This document shows positions 44,297-52,428 of a stretch of DNA of 64,000 nt, piece by piece. The translations under genes were made by a program, and so were the position numbers. Each line of letters begins with the position of its first letter. The stretch's first letter is position 1. Location: positions 1-64,000 of the IMG/VR virus record IMGVR_UViG_3300009873_000008. One strand, given 5' to 3'. The notes under the pieces are model-generated. The model ran no database searches, had not been told where the DNA came from, and saw nothing but the letters and a program-made list of their open reading frames with translations. The stretch comes from a virus. Taxonomy: Duplodnaviria > Caudoviricetes.

Positions 44297-45607
44297 CTAC
44301 TTCTTGGCTACGATGTCCTGGGCGCCGCGCTTGTAGCTCCACCTGTCCGGGGACAGGTCGTGGTGCATGGCGATCCCGGGCAGGCACTGCTTGATCGCCT
44401 CGCCCATCCACTGTGCGACGGTGCGCAGCGTCGGGTGGACCGTCTCCCCGGAACGGAGTTCGGCGATGTAGACGGCCGACGGCAGTGAGCAGGCCATCAC
44501 GACCGGCACCTGGTAGCCCATCGGGATGTAGTACTGCTTGACCGTCGGGTCAGCCTGGAGCGCTTGGACACGCGCCGTGATCCGAGCGATCTCCGCCTCG
44601 GTACCGGACGGCAGGTTCTCCAGGTACCAGCCGTGGAAGCCGCGGCGGATGGTGAGGAGCGGCATCTCCTGAACGGCCGACCGCTGGCGCTGGATGTCGC
44701 GGTAGCTCCCGAAGTCGATGTTGAACTCAAAGTCGATGCTGCCGAAGCGCCGGAGGCGCTGATGCATCTCCGCCCTGGGCGGCCTGCTTGAGAGCAGATC
44801 GTGGAAGGCTCCCAGCGCGTCCACATTCAGCCGGTTCGTGTAGCGGGCCCCGTCCCACATGGCCGCATAGCCGTCGAAGTAGGCAAAGCGCGCCATGCTG
44901 CGCGCGATGTACTCCTCCTCGGCGTCGTAGCGCTTGTGCCCGAAGCTGGACGGGTAGCGCTGACCAAGAGCATCGTGCAGCGCTTCCGAGATCTCTCGAA
45001 CCTCGACCAGCGGATGGTGGCGCATTTCCTTGAGGTGGTCGTTCGTCTGGCGCAGGTTCGTCGACCAGGCGACGAGCGTCGTAGCGCCGGCCGGTAGAAG
45101 TGAGCGCGCGATGTCGAACGCGCGCGCCTTGATCGCCTTCTCCCACTGGCCGGACTTCTCATCCGCACGCTTGGGATACCGCTCGCTCAGCGAATCGACC
45201 AGAGCGGCCAGCGACTTGGCGTAGAGCGCCATCCACTCGGCCTGGATCTCCTCGCCCTCGGCGATCCCAAGCGGGTTCAGGCAGCCCTGCGTGAACATGT
45301 CCAGGTAGCGGGTGCTGGCTTCCTGCCCGCAGTAGAGGGGCGTGTCCTGAATCGCCTTGGCCGCAAGCATCGAGACCTGCTCGACGAACATCGCGATGAA
45401 ACCGCAGTCGCCGATGCTCTTGTGCCCGTATCCGACATAGAACTTCTCGTGGAAGGCCGACGAGCCGGTCTCACGAACCTTCTCCAGGTGCTCGGTCACT
45501 GACTTGGGACTGCGTGAGTACATGGCCTGAAGCATGGCCATGTCCTCGGGACTCGGAACGTCACTTCCGTCCAGTACGACGATCTTTCGTTCGGCGGTCT
45601 TGGGCAC
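44297..45607 (-). CDS. thyX: Flavin-dependent thymidylate synthase, long two-domain type
   Basis: YSRSP.SV, GYGHKSIGDCG, QEASTRYLD, AFDIARSLLP, DFGSYRDIQRQR; GTG 45607 with AGGAGG RBS. Confidence 0.9.
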   Translation of the reverse strand: MPKTAERKIVVLDGSDVPSPEDMAMLQAMYSRSPKSVTEHLEKVRETGSSAFHEKFYVGYGHKSIGDCGFIAMFVEQVSMLAAKAIQDTPLYCGQEASTRYLDMFTQGCLNPLGIAEGEEIQAEWMALYAKSLAALVDSLSERYPKRADEKSGQWEKAIKARAFDIARSLLPAGATTLVAWSTNLRQTNDHLKEMRHHPLVEVREISEALHDALGQRYPSSFGHKRYDAEEEYIARSMARFAYFDGYAAMWDGARYTNRLNVDALGAFHDLLSSRPPRAEMHQRLRRFGSIDFEFNIDFGSYRDIQRQRSAVQEMPLLTIRRGFHGWYLENLPSGTEAEIARITARVQALQADPTVKQYYIPMGYQVPVVMACSLPSAVYIAELRSGETVHPTLRTVAQWMGEAIKQCLPGIAMHHDLSPDRWSYKRGAQDIVAKK

Positions 45608-46589
45608 GCGCTTGCCTCCTGAATCGAGCAACGACTGTTCGCCAGGACTGTTCATACCAGTCGGCGCCGACATCAAGAGCCTGGCCGCGGTGAATTACAA
45701 GTAGCCGAAACGAGACCCCTTGAGCTATGACAGCACGAGCTTTAGCACACACTTGGGCAAAGATGGTGCGGTCGTAGATTCCAAGCGTAACTGCGCTTTT
45801 CACTTCGACGACCTGACCGCGAGACTTGACGAAGGCGTCGGGAACGTAGGTCCGATTGGTTCGTCCCGCGAAGGCGTAGCGGAACGTCGGACGACCTTCG
45901 ACGGCCGTGAATGCAAGATCGTTCGGAGCGATGCCTTCCGAGAGCATGATCTCGACGGCCCGTCCCTCCGATCCTTGAACCATCACCGTCCGCGTTCCGA
46001 CTCGGATCGGACGTCTCCGGTACTGCGATCGGTCGCACAGCGGACAGCCATAGCCCGAGAGCAGCTGGTTCGGCGACGTCTGCCAAACGTGGCCTTTTGA
46101 GCATCGATGTCGGATCGAAGTCAGCGCAGTCTCGTAGCGATCAAGCACGACCACCCCGAGAGCAAACGCCTCGGCCGCGTACGTCTCGTGTGTCTTCCGA
46201 CGCCTCGGTCTCGCTTGGTAGCACTGACGGCAGCCAGCGCTGCGATGCACCACGTTCGCTGGCTTGGCAAAGAACGACCCGTGAGTCGGACACAGGTATT
46301 CGAGCTTCTTGTGAGAGCCGCAGTAGGCCCCAACGACTCGCAACCGATCGCCGTGAATCCGGCGAACCATCGCAACGTGGTCGTCGTGTTTGGTGCGCTG
46401 TCGATCCCACGCACACTTCGCACACCCGTGACCGGACTCAACGTTGGACGGAAGAGCGCTGAACCGGCCGTGCGTGGCGCACTTGTAGACAACTCGCCGA
46501 AGGGCGTGTCGATAAGTGCCAACCACCGTCAGCGCTCCGGCGTGTTTTCGCGTGACCCGACGAACGTGCTCCTCGTGTGTTTTGGCCAC
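45561..46589 (-). CDS. Putative free-standing homing endonuclease: three zinc-finger (CapR/DUF723-like) repeats plus a PD-(D/E)XK nuclease
   Basis: Three C..HG.F/W...P..+..G.GC..C repeats; YVPDAF......VVEVKS. Confidence 0.8.
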   Translation of the reverse strand: MAKTHEEHVRRVTRKHAGALTVVGTYRHALRRVVYKCATHGRFSALPSNVESGHGCAKCAWDRQRTKHDDHVAMVRRIHGDRLRVVGAYCGSHKKLEYLCPTHGSFFAKPANVVHRSAGCRQCYQARPRRRKTHETYAAEAFALGVVVLDRYETALTSIRHRCSKGHVWQTSPNQLLSGYGCPLCDRSQYRRRPIRVGTRTVMVQGSEGRAVEIMLSEGIAPNDLAFTAVEGRPTFRYAFAGRTNRTYVPDAFVKSRGQVVEVKSAVTLGIYDRTIFAQVCAKARAVIAQGVSFRLLVIHRGQALDVGADWYEQSWRTVVARFRRQARAQDRRTKDRRTGRK

Positions 46590-46606
46590 GCTTATCAGCG
46601 TAGCCA
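46583..46606 (-). promoter_or_regulatory. 10-bp hairpin (one G-U pair) covering the GTG start of the endonuclease
   Basis: TGGCTACGCT-GATA-AGCGTGGCCA on the minus strand. Confidence 0.5.
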
Positions 46607-46627
46607 GAGCTACTATCCTTTGCCAGC

Positions 46628-46801
46628 CTAGCCGGTGTAGTACTGGTCCATGAACTTGCCGGAGCCGACGCTTCGCACCCTCTCCAGATGGTCGTCCACG
46701 GACTGCGGACTGCGCGAGTAGAGCGCCTGGAGCATCGCCAGGTCTTCGGGGTTGGGCACGTCATGCCCGTCGAGCACTCGGATCTTGCGTGGCTTTGGCA
46801 T
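46628..46801 (-). pseudogene. thyX: Truncated thyX 5' fragment (57 aa)
   Basis: MPKPRKIRVLDGHDVPNPEDLAMLQALYSRSPQSVDDHLERVRSVGSGKFMDQYYTG-TAG aligns with the thyX N-terminus up to FYVG|YGH. Confidence 0.9.
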
Positions 46802-46844
46802 TCACTCTCTCCGCTTCTAGAAATCAGTCACAGGATGAGCACGG

Positions 46845-47783
46845 TCATGCAGGCGGCTTGGTCCTGCCTCGCTTGAGCGGCGCGGAGTGGGCGACACCCC
46901 CACGGTCGAAGTACCGCACCGGAAGCGGACTCATGGTATCGACGTCGATGACCAGATCATTGGGGTCGGGCCACGCGCTGTGATCGTCGCTCATGCGATT
47001 GAGGATCGGGTATCTCCGTCCGTTGATGAGCGCCACAACACGACGGGTGCGGAACTCGTCCGTGTGCAGCCGCGGACCAAGCGTGCGCTCCAATAGATCG
47101 TGGACGCACACTCCGAGTAGCCGCGAGAGCAGCGAGGCTCGCACGTGGGCGTTTCCAGACCAGTCGCCGATTCGTCGATAGTATCGACCGACGGTCAGCC
47201 CATCGCCTTCGAGATGCCCGATCTTGCTAATCAGATCGGGCGGAATCGGCTCTGAGCGCTGCTCGACCTGTCGAAAGCTGGCGCCAGATCGAGTGACCGT
47301 CAATACGATCCTCTGCGAGCCATCGACGTTGTAGTAGTGAGGGTGGTTCGTGCGAGCGACCCGGTCAACCGCGTCTTGATACTTGCGCCGCACGAACTCC
47401 AGGTGGGAATAGCAGTGCCATCTGAGTTGCTCGATCGACCGAACGTCCAACTTGTCGCGTCTGATGAGCAAGCCGTGCGCGTTTCGACGTTCCTCGGTAA
47501 AGAACGCGTACCACCGACCGACGGGCCGGCTCCACGAGTAGATCAGACCATCGTCGCCCAGCGTCTGGCCACGCTTCAACGGCCCACCGGTGGAGAGCGC
47601 ATAGGCACCGGGACGACCGGATAGGCCGGGAAAATCGGAAGCGCGGTAGCCGATGGGCGTCAGGCCGCGGGCAACGGGAAAGATCGGTACCCGCTGGGCG
47701 ATCTCACAGAGAGTCTGATACCTCGGCTCCGGCTTCTCCGATTCCTCGATCCTCGTCCTGCTCTGGACCTGCGCTAGTCTCAC
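46845..47783 (-). CDS. Hypothetical protein with internal tag (DLISKIGHLE)
   Basis: GTG 47783 is 6 nt after GGG-TAGAAC. Confidence 0.6.
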   Translation of the reverse strand: MRLAQVQSRTRIEESEKPEPRYQTLCEIAQRVPIFPVARGLTPIGYRASDFPGLSGRPGAYALSTGGPLKRGQTLGDDGLIYSWSRPVGRWYAFFTEERRNAHGLLIRRDKLDVRSIEQLRWHCYSHLEFVRRKYQDAVDRVARTNHPHYYNVDGSQRIVLTVTRSGASFRQVEQRSEPIPPDLISKIGHLEGDGLTVGRYYRRIGDWSGNAHVRASLLSRLLGVCVHDLLERTLGPRLHTDEFRTRRVVALINGRRYPILNRMSDDHSAWPDPNDLVIDVDTMSPLPVRYFDRGGVAHSAPLKRGRTKPPA

Positions 47784-48231
47784 CATCCGGTTCTACCCGA
47801 CCAAGCAGACCCAAGAGATCCACCGGCGGCTGTCTCATCCGACCTACTCGCTCGAAACCGTCTGGGGCGTTTGGATACACCAACCGGAATTGCCGGCAGA
47901 GGATCAGTCCGGTGATCTCGATTCGATCCGGTCCGACGATCTCGTGGAACAGCGCGAGTGCCTCCAGCAGGTTGTGGCACGATCCGTAGGGATGTTCGTC
48001 AGCGAGGTGATCGGCCACCTCTTCCAGATAGAAAGCGATGTCGTCTTGTCGGCGAGCGTCCGCGATGACGGGCAGATGCTCGCGCAGCGAAATGCAAAGT
48101 GGCTCGATAACCGGTCTGAGATCCCAGGACGCATTGACGGCCGCCGTGAGCATCCGCCGCCACGCGATGCACGTCTCCCAGTCAGGTTGATCGCCCTGCC
48201 TGGGCGCGTCGCGTCGATTGCCCCGCATCAT
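47704..48231 (-). CDS. Hypothetical protein with tag-like segment (DLLGLLGRVE)
   Basis: 175 aa; its 3' end overlaps the next promoter and gene. Confidence 0.5.
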   Translation of the reverse strand: MMRGNRRDAPRQGDQPDWETCIAWRRMLTAAVNASWDLRPVIEPLCISLREHLPVIADARRQDDIAFYLEEVADHLADEHPYGSCHNLLEALALFHEIVGPDRIEITGLILCRQFRLVYPNAPDGFERVGRMRQPPVDLLGLLGRVEPDGETSAGPEQDEDRGIGEAGAEVSDSL

Positions 48232-48276
48232 CGTGCGGGAATTGTCGTCGTTAGTTCTGGATGTGGCTAGTTCGGA

Positions 48277-48624
48277 TCAAGATCCAGATGGGAGCCGATC
48301 GGTGTAATTGACCAGGTGGTCAATGACAGAAGTGCGCCTGAACGACTCGATCTCAGTGGCGAGCCGCTCCATGGCCGTCGAGATACCGTACTGGACCGAC
48401 GAGTCGACGACGAAGCTCCAGAACTGCTTGCGTAGCCAGTCCAACAGCATGTCGTCGTACGGCAGCCGCAAGGTCGCGCGTTCCTTGCCCAGCTTGAACC
48501 CGGCAGTGACCCGACGAACGCGTTGGTCCCGGCGCCCGTAGGTCCCAGAGAGATGGTTGAGCAACGCGTCGGCGGTGCTGCGACGCATCGAGAGCACGAT
48601 TCCGTAGGACTCCGAGCGCTTCAC
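48277..48624 (-). CDS. Hypothetical protein
   Basis: GTG 6 nt after GGG-TAGAAC. Confidence 0.6.
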   Translation of the reverse strand: MKRSESYGIVLSMRRSTADALLNHLSGTYGRRDQRVRRVTAGFKLGKERATLRLPYDDMLLDWLRKQFWSFVVDSSVQYGISTAMERLATEIESFRRTSVIDHLVNYTDRLPSGS

Positions 48625-48685
48625 GGGATGGTTCTACCCGAGGCGGACGCACCACACTGCCAAGCGACGCCCGTAACTCCTTTAA

Positions 48686-49267
48686 TCAGGCCGACTCCCG
48701 GACGTGGTGGGTTACGACGTTGAGATTGTGGATCCCGAAGTCGTGAGCCTTGAACGACTTGAGATGTTCGACCCGGTCGTCCCACAGGACCAGGTGCTTG
48801 GCCCGCGGCATCTGACTCAGGAGGTTCTGGACCAGTCGGAGCTTCCAGGAGAGGGTCTCCTGGCGGATCGGCTTCAGGAACAGATCGCGCCCCGGATCCA
48901 CAGCCACGCCAGAGGCCCTAAGAATCGATTTGACGCGGTCCAGGAGCGCAGGCCGGGACGGACGCCCTGTGACCACCACGACGCGTGTACGGGGCTCCCG
49001 GCGGGCCTTGTGGAAGGCCCCGATGACCCTGGTGATGGGCCGCCATCCGAGCGGCGGGAGCAGGCTGGCCACCTCTCCCCACCACCCCGGATAAGGCCAG
49101 GCTTGCCCGGTCGCCTTCTGAAACGCCGGCTTGCCCTCCTCGGGTGTGGGCGTGTAGACGAGCGTGTGATCGAAGTCGAAAACGACGAGCGTGTCCGGCT
49201 GGCGAGCAATGTCCTCCAGCGTGAGCAACGGACGTCTGGACAACTGGACCCGTCGGGGCACGCGCAC
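48686..49267 (-). CDS. HAD-superfamily phosphatase (Swiss-Army-Knife RNA-repair-like HAD type)
   Basis: LVVFDFDHTL, PYPGWW, VVVTGR, LFLKP, T..WK, LWDDR..H. Confidence 0.8.
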   Translation of the reverse strand: MRVPRRVQLSRRPLLTLEDIARQPDTLVVFDFDHTLVYTPTPEEGKPAFQKATGQAWPYPGWWGEVASLLPPLGWRPITRVIGAFHKARREPRTRVVVVTGRPSRPALLDRVKSILRASGVAVDPGRDLFLKPIRQETLSWKLRLVQNLLSQMPRAKHLVLWDDRVEHLKSFKAHDFGIHNLNVVTHHVRESA

Positions 49268-49301
49268 AAGCGTACAGTCCGACGGGTCCAGTCGCTAGCA
49301 C

Positions 49302-52250
49302 CTACCCGCAGCCGGTCGTGGTGCCGCAGCTTGGGCAGACCGAGCAGGAGCCGGCGCGCACCGTGATGTTGCCACACGTTCCACAGGCTTCACCGGCCGA
49401 CTGGGTGATCCGAGCGCCCGGCTTCGCCGCCAGGAGTGTGGCGAGCGTCTCCCGGGCCGAGTCGGAGGAGATCCCGATGGCGGCCAGCGCTGCGACTCCG
49501 TTGCCGTTGCCACTGTTGCTGGCGTGAGCGGACGTCCCGTTGCCGGGGTCGCCGTTGCCGTTGCCGTTGCTGTCCGAGTCGAGCCCCGTAACGTTCGTGT
49601 GGTGCGCCAGATCCGTTCGTCCGAGGTAGGCGATCCCCAGCGTCTTGAAGATGTAGTCCAGGATCGACGAAGCGATCCGCACGTCGGGGTCTCCGTTCAC
49701 GATGCCCTTGGGCTCGAACTTGGTGTGGACGAACGCGTCCACGAACTCCTCCAGGGGCACACCGTGCTGGAGCGCCAGCGAAACGGCGATGGCGAACGAG
49801 TTGAGGAGGGAACGCATCAGCGCACCTTCCTTGTGCATGTCGATGAAGATCTCGCCCAGCGCGCCGTCCTTGTACTCGCCGGTCCGTAGGTAGAGCTTGT
49901 GCCCCCCGACGGTGACCTCTTGCGTGAAGCCGTAGCGGCGCTTGGTGAGTCGCTGCCGCTTGGGCATCTGGACGACGACCTGGGCCGCTCCAGCTGCCGG
50001 CGGAGGTGGGGGAGACGACGTGCTCTCCTTCGACGACGAGGACAGGATCGCGCAGAGCTTCGAGCGGTCTCGGAACACGGCGATGGCCTTGAGCCCGAGA
50101 CGCCACGCTGCCATGTAGAGCGCCTCGATCTCCTCGACGGTCGTCTCCTCCGGGCAGTTGACCGTCTTGGAGATCGCGCCCGAGAGGAACGGCTGCGCCG
50201 CGGCCATCATCTCCACGTGCGCCATCGGACGAATGCACCTGACGCCCGTTGCGCCGCACTTGACGGCGCAGTCGAACACGTCCAGGTGCTCGGGCTTGAC
50301 CTCGGAGCCCTCGATGGTCTCGGCGGTCTCCAGGTGCTTCATGATCCGATCGATCGCCCCCTGGTTGTAGCCGAGCGTGACCAGGGTGGTAGCGATGCTC
50401 TTGTTCACGATCTTCATGTCTCCGCCGCCGGCCAGCTTCTTCGACTTGACCAGCGCGAAGTCGGGCTCGATGCCCGTGGTGTCACAGTCCATGAGCAGAC
50501 CGATCGTGCCGGTGGGCGCCAGCAGTGACGCTTGCGCGTTGCGGAAGCCGTGCTCGTTGCCCAGCGCGAGCGCGGTGTTCCAGTCGTCGGCCGCCGCCTC
50601 GCGGATCTCACCGAAGATGTCGCGCACGCATGCGCTCGCCTGCGCGCTCGTGTGCTTGAAGCCATCGAGCGCACGGGAGTGCATGTCGATGACTTGCAGC
50701 ATGGGATCGCAGTTGAAGGCGTAGGCCGCGAACGGTCCGACCGCTCCCGCGATCTCAGCCGAGCGACGGTAGGCGCGACCGGTCATGAGAGCGGTCACGG
50801 CGGCACAGATCGACCGCCCGTCAGGACCGTCGTACGGCAGGCCGAGGCGCATCAGCATGGCGCCCAGGTTGGCGTAGCCGATCCCGAGCGGGCGCAGCAT
50901 GTGGCTGTTGGTGGCGATCTCGCGCGTGGGGTAACTCGCGTAGTCGACGATCAGGTCCATGCCCGCGATGAGAACATCGACCGCCTGTTGGAAGCCGGTC
51001 ACGTCGAAGTGAACCCCACGCTCGTCGGTCGACATGAAGCGCACGAGGTTCAGGCTCGCCAGGTTGCAGGCCGTGTTGTCGAGGTACGTGAACTCCGCAC
51101 ACGGGTTCGAGGCGTTGATGCGGCCCGTGTTCGGCGTCGGGTTCCAACGGTTCGTGGTCGTGTCGAACTGCATACCCGGATCGGCGACGAAGTGCGCAGC
51201 CGTGGCGATCTGCCGGAAGAGCGCCTTCGCTTCGTAGGTCTTGGCGACCTTGCCGGTGGTCCGCCACACGGTCGACCACTTGCCCCCGGTCTCGACGGCG
51301 CGCATGAACTCATCGGTGACGCGCACCGAGTTGTTGGCGTTCTGTCCGCTGACCGTGCGGTAGGCGTCGCCCTGGAAGTCGGACGAGTAGCCGGCCTTCA
51401 CCATGGCCGCGACCTTCTTCTCCTCGCGCACCTTCCAGTCGATGAACGACTCGATGTCCGGGTGGTCGGCGTTCACGACCACCATGCGCGCAGCGCGACG
51501 AGTCGTGCCGCCGCTCTTGGTCGCTCCCGCGGCCTTGTCGAAGATCTCCAGGAAGCTCATCATCCCGGACGACTGGCCGCCGCCGGTGAGCGCTTCTCCC
51601 TCGGCGCGCAGGTTCGAGTAGTTCATGCCGCTGCCGCCGCCGCCCTTGAACACGCGCATCTCGCGCTTCACGGCCTCGGCGATGTCCATGAGGTTGTCCT
51701 GGACGGTCTGGATGAAGCACGCGCTGAGCGCCGGGCGGGAGTAGCTGTCGGGGGTCTCCTTCGCGACGCCGGCCGTTACGGCCCAGTTCCCCGAGGGCGA
51801 GCCGGTGATGCCGTAGCACTCCTTCAGCCCGCAGTTGAACCACACCGGGCTGTTGAAGGCCGCGTACTGGTGGACGAGCAGGTACTTCAACTCGTCCTCG
51901 AAGATCTGCGCCGACTCCTCGTCGAAGAGACCCTGCGCGATGCCCTCACGCGCGAGCGTGTGCGCGACGCGGTGAACCAACTGCTTGATCGATGACTCGT
52001 GCCCGACGCCAGGCACTCCGGCCTTGCGGAAGTACTTGCTCGCGGCGATGTCGACAGCAGCCTGGCTCCAGAAGTCCGGGGCCTCGACGTTGTCCATCTG
52101 AAAGACGACTCGCCCGGATCGCTCTGTGATCTTGGCCTCGCGCCGAGTCCAGTTCACCCCGGCGTAGGGGTCCTCGTTGGCCTTGGTGAAGTAACGGGAG
52201 ACGGTGACACCAACCTTGGCCCGAGCCGTGGTGGTCGGGATCGCGCTCAT
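49302..52250 (-). CDS. nrdJ: Class II (adenosylcobalamin-dependent) ribonucleotide reductase with a C-terminal TSCPD-like/zinc-ribbon region
   Basis: FNSPVWFN, LSACF, GGGSG, SNPCAE, CNLASLNL, LAPTGTIG...DTTGIEP, SGAISKTVN; ATG 52250 with GGAG. Confidence 0.95.
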   Translation of the reverse strand: MSAIPTTTARAKVGVTVSRYFTKANEDPYAGVNWTRREAKITERSGRVVFQMDNVEAPDFWSQAAVDIAASKYFRKAGVPGVGHESSIKQLVHRVAHTLAREGIAQGLFDEESAQIFEDELKYLLVHQYAAFNSPVWFNCGLKECYGITGSPSGNWAVTAGVAKETPDSYSRPALSACFIQTVQDNLMDIAEAVKREMRVFKGGGGSGMNYSNLRAEGEALTGGGQSSGMMSFLEIFDKAAGATKSGGTTRRAARMVVVNADHPDIESFIDWKVREEKKVAAMVKAGYSSDFQGDAYRTVSGQNANNSVRVTDEFMRAVETGGKWSTVWRTTGKVAKTYEAKALFRQIATAAHFVADPGMQFDTTTNRWNPTPNTGRINASNPCAEFTYLDNTACNLASLNLVRFMSTDERGVHFDVTGFQQAVDVLIAGMDLIVDYASYPTREIATNSHMLRPLGIGYANLGAMLMRLGLPYDGPDGRSICAAVTALMTGRAYRRSAEIAGAVGPFAAYAFNCDPMLQVIDMHSRALDGFKHTSAQASACVRDIFGEIREAAADDWNTALALGNEHGFRNAQASLLAPTGTIGLLMDCDTTGIEPDFALVKSKKLAGGGDMKIVNKSIATTLVTLGYNQGAIDRIMKHLETAETIEGSEVKPEHLDVFDCAVKCGATGVRCIRPMAHVEMMAAAQPFLSGAISKTVNCPEETTVEEIEALYMAAWRLGLKAIAVFRDRSKLCAILSSSSKESTSSPPPPPAAGAAQVVVQMPKRQRLTKRRYGFTQEVTVGGHKLYLRTGEYKDGALGEIFIDMHKEGALMRSLLNSFAIAVSLALQHGVPLEEFVDAFVHTKFEPKGIVNGDPDVRIASSILDYIFKTLGIAYLGRTDLAHHTNVTGLDSDSNGNGNGDPGNGTSAHASNSGNGNGVAALAAIGISSDSARETLATLLAAKPGARITQSAGEACGTCGNITVRAGSCSVCPSCGTTTGCG

Positions 52251-52428
52251 AGAACACTCCGCGTCTGATCTGTTGGGGAACCGCATTCTACTGCTGCCGC
52301 GCGACGCATCCCAGAACACACCGACGCAGTCACAGCGCGTCAGCAGCAAGTCCTGTGTTTGTATTCGTCGTTCTGTGACCAAGGGGATTAAGGGCACACC
52401 TCTGGTCACACGATGCAACCACCCCGCT

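Noticed and set aside
45430-46630. Group I intron in thyX
   Set aside because: The downstream thyX has its own RBS and complete N-terminus, the expected 3' splice position is not preceded by G, and no P/Q/R/S core was visible; RT-PCR would settle it
28100-49570. Short tandem repeats (CAGCCC at about 28120, TTG at about 30895, TTGCCG at about 49500-49570)
   Set aside because: They encode low-complexity PQ, N and NG linkers in proteins; no spacer structure, so not CRISPR
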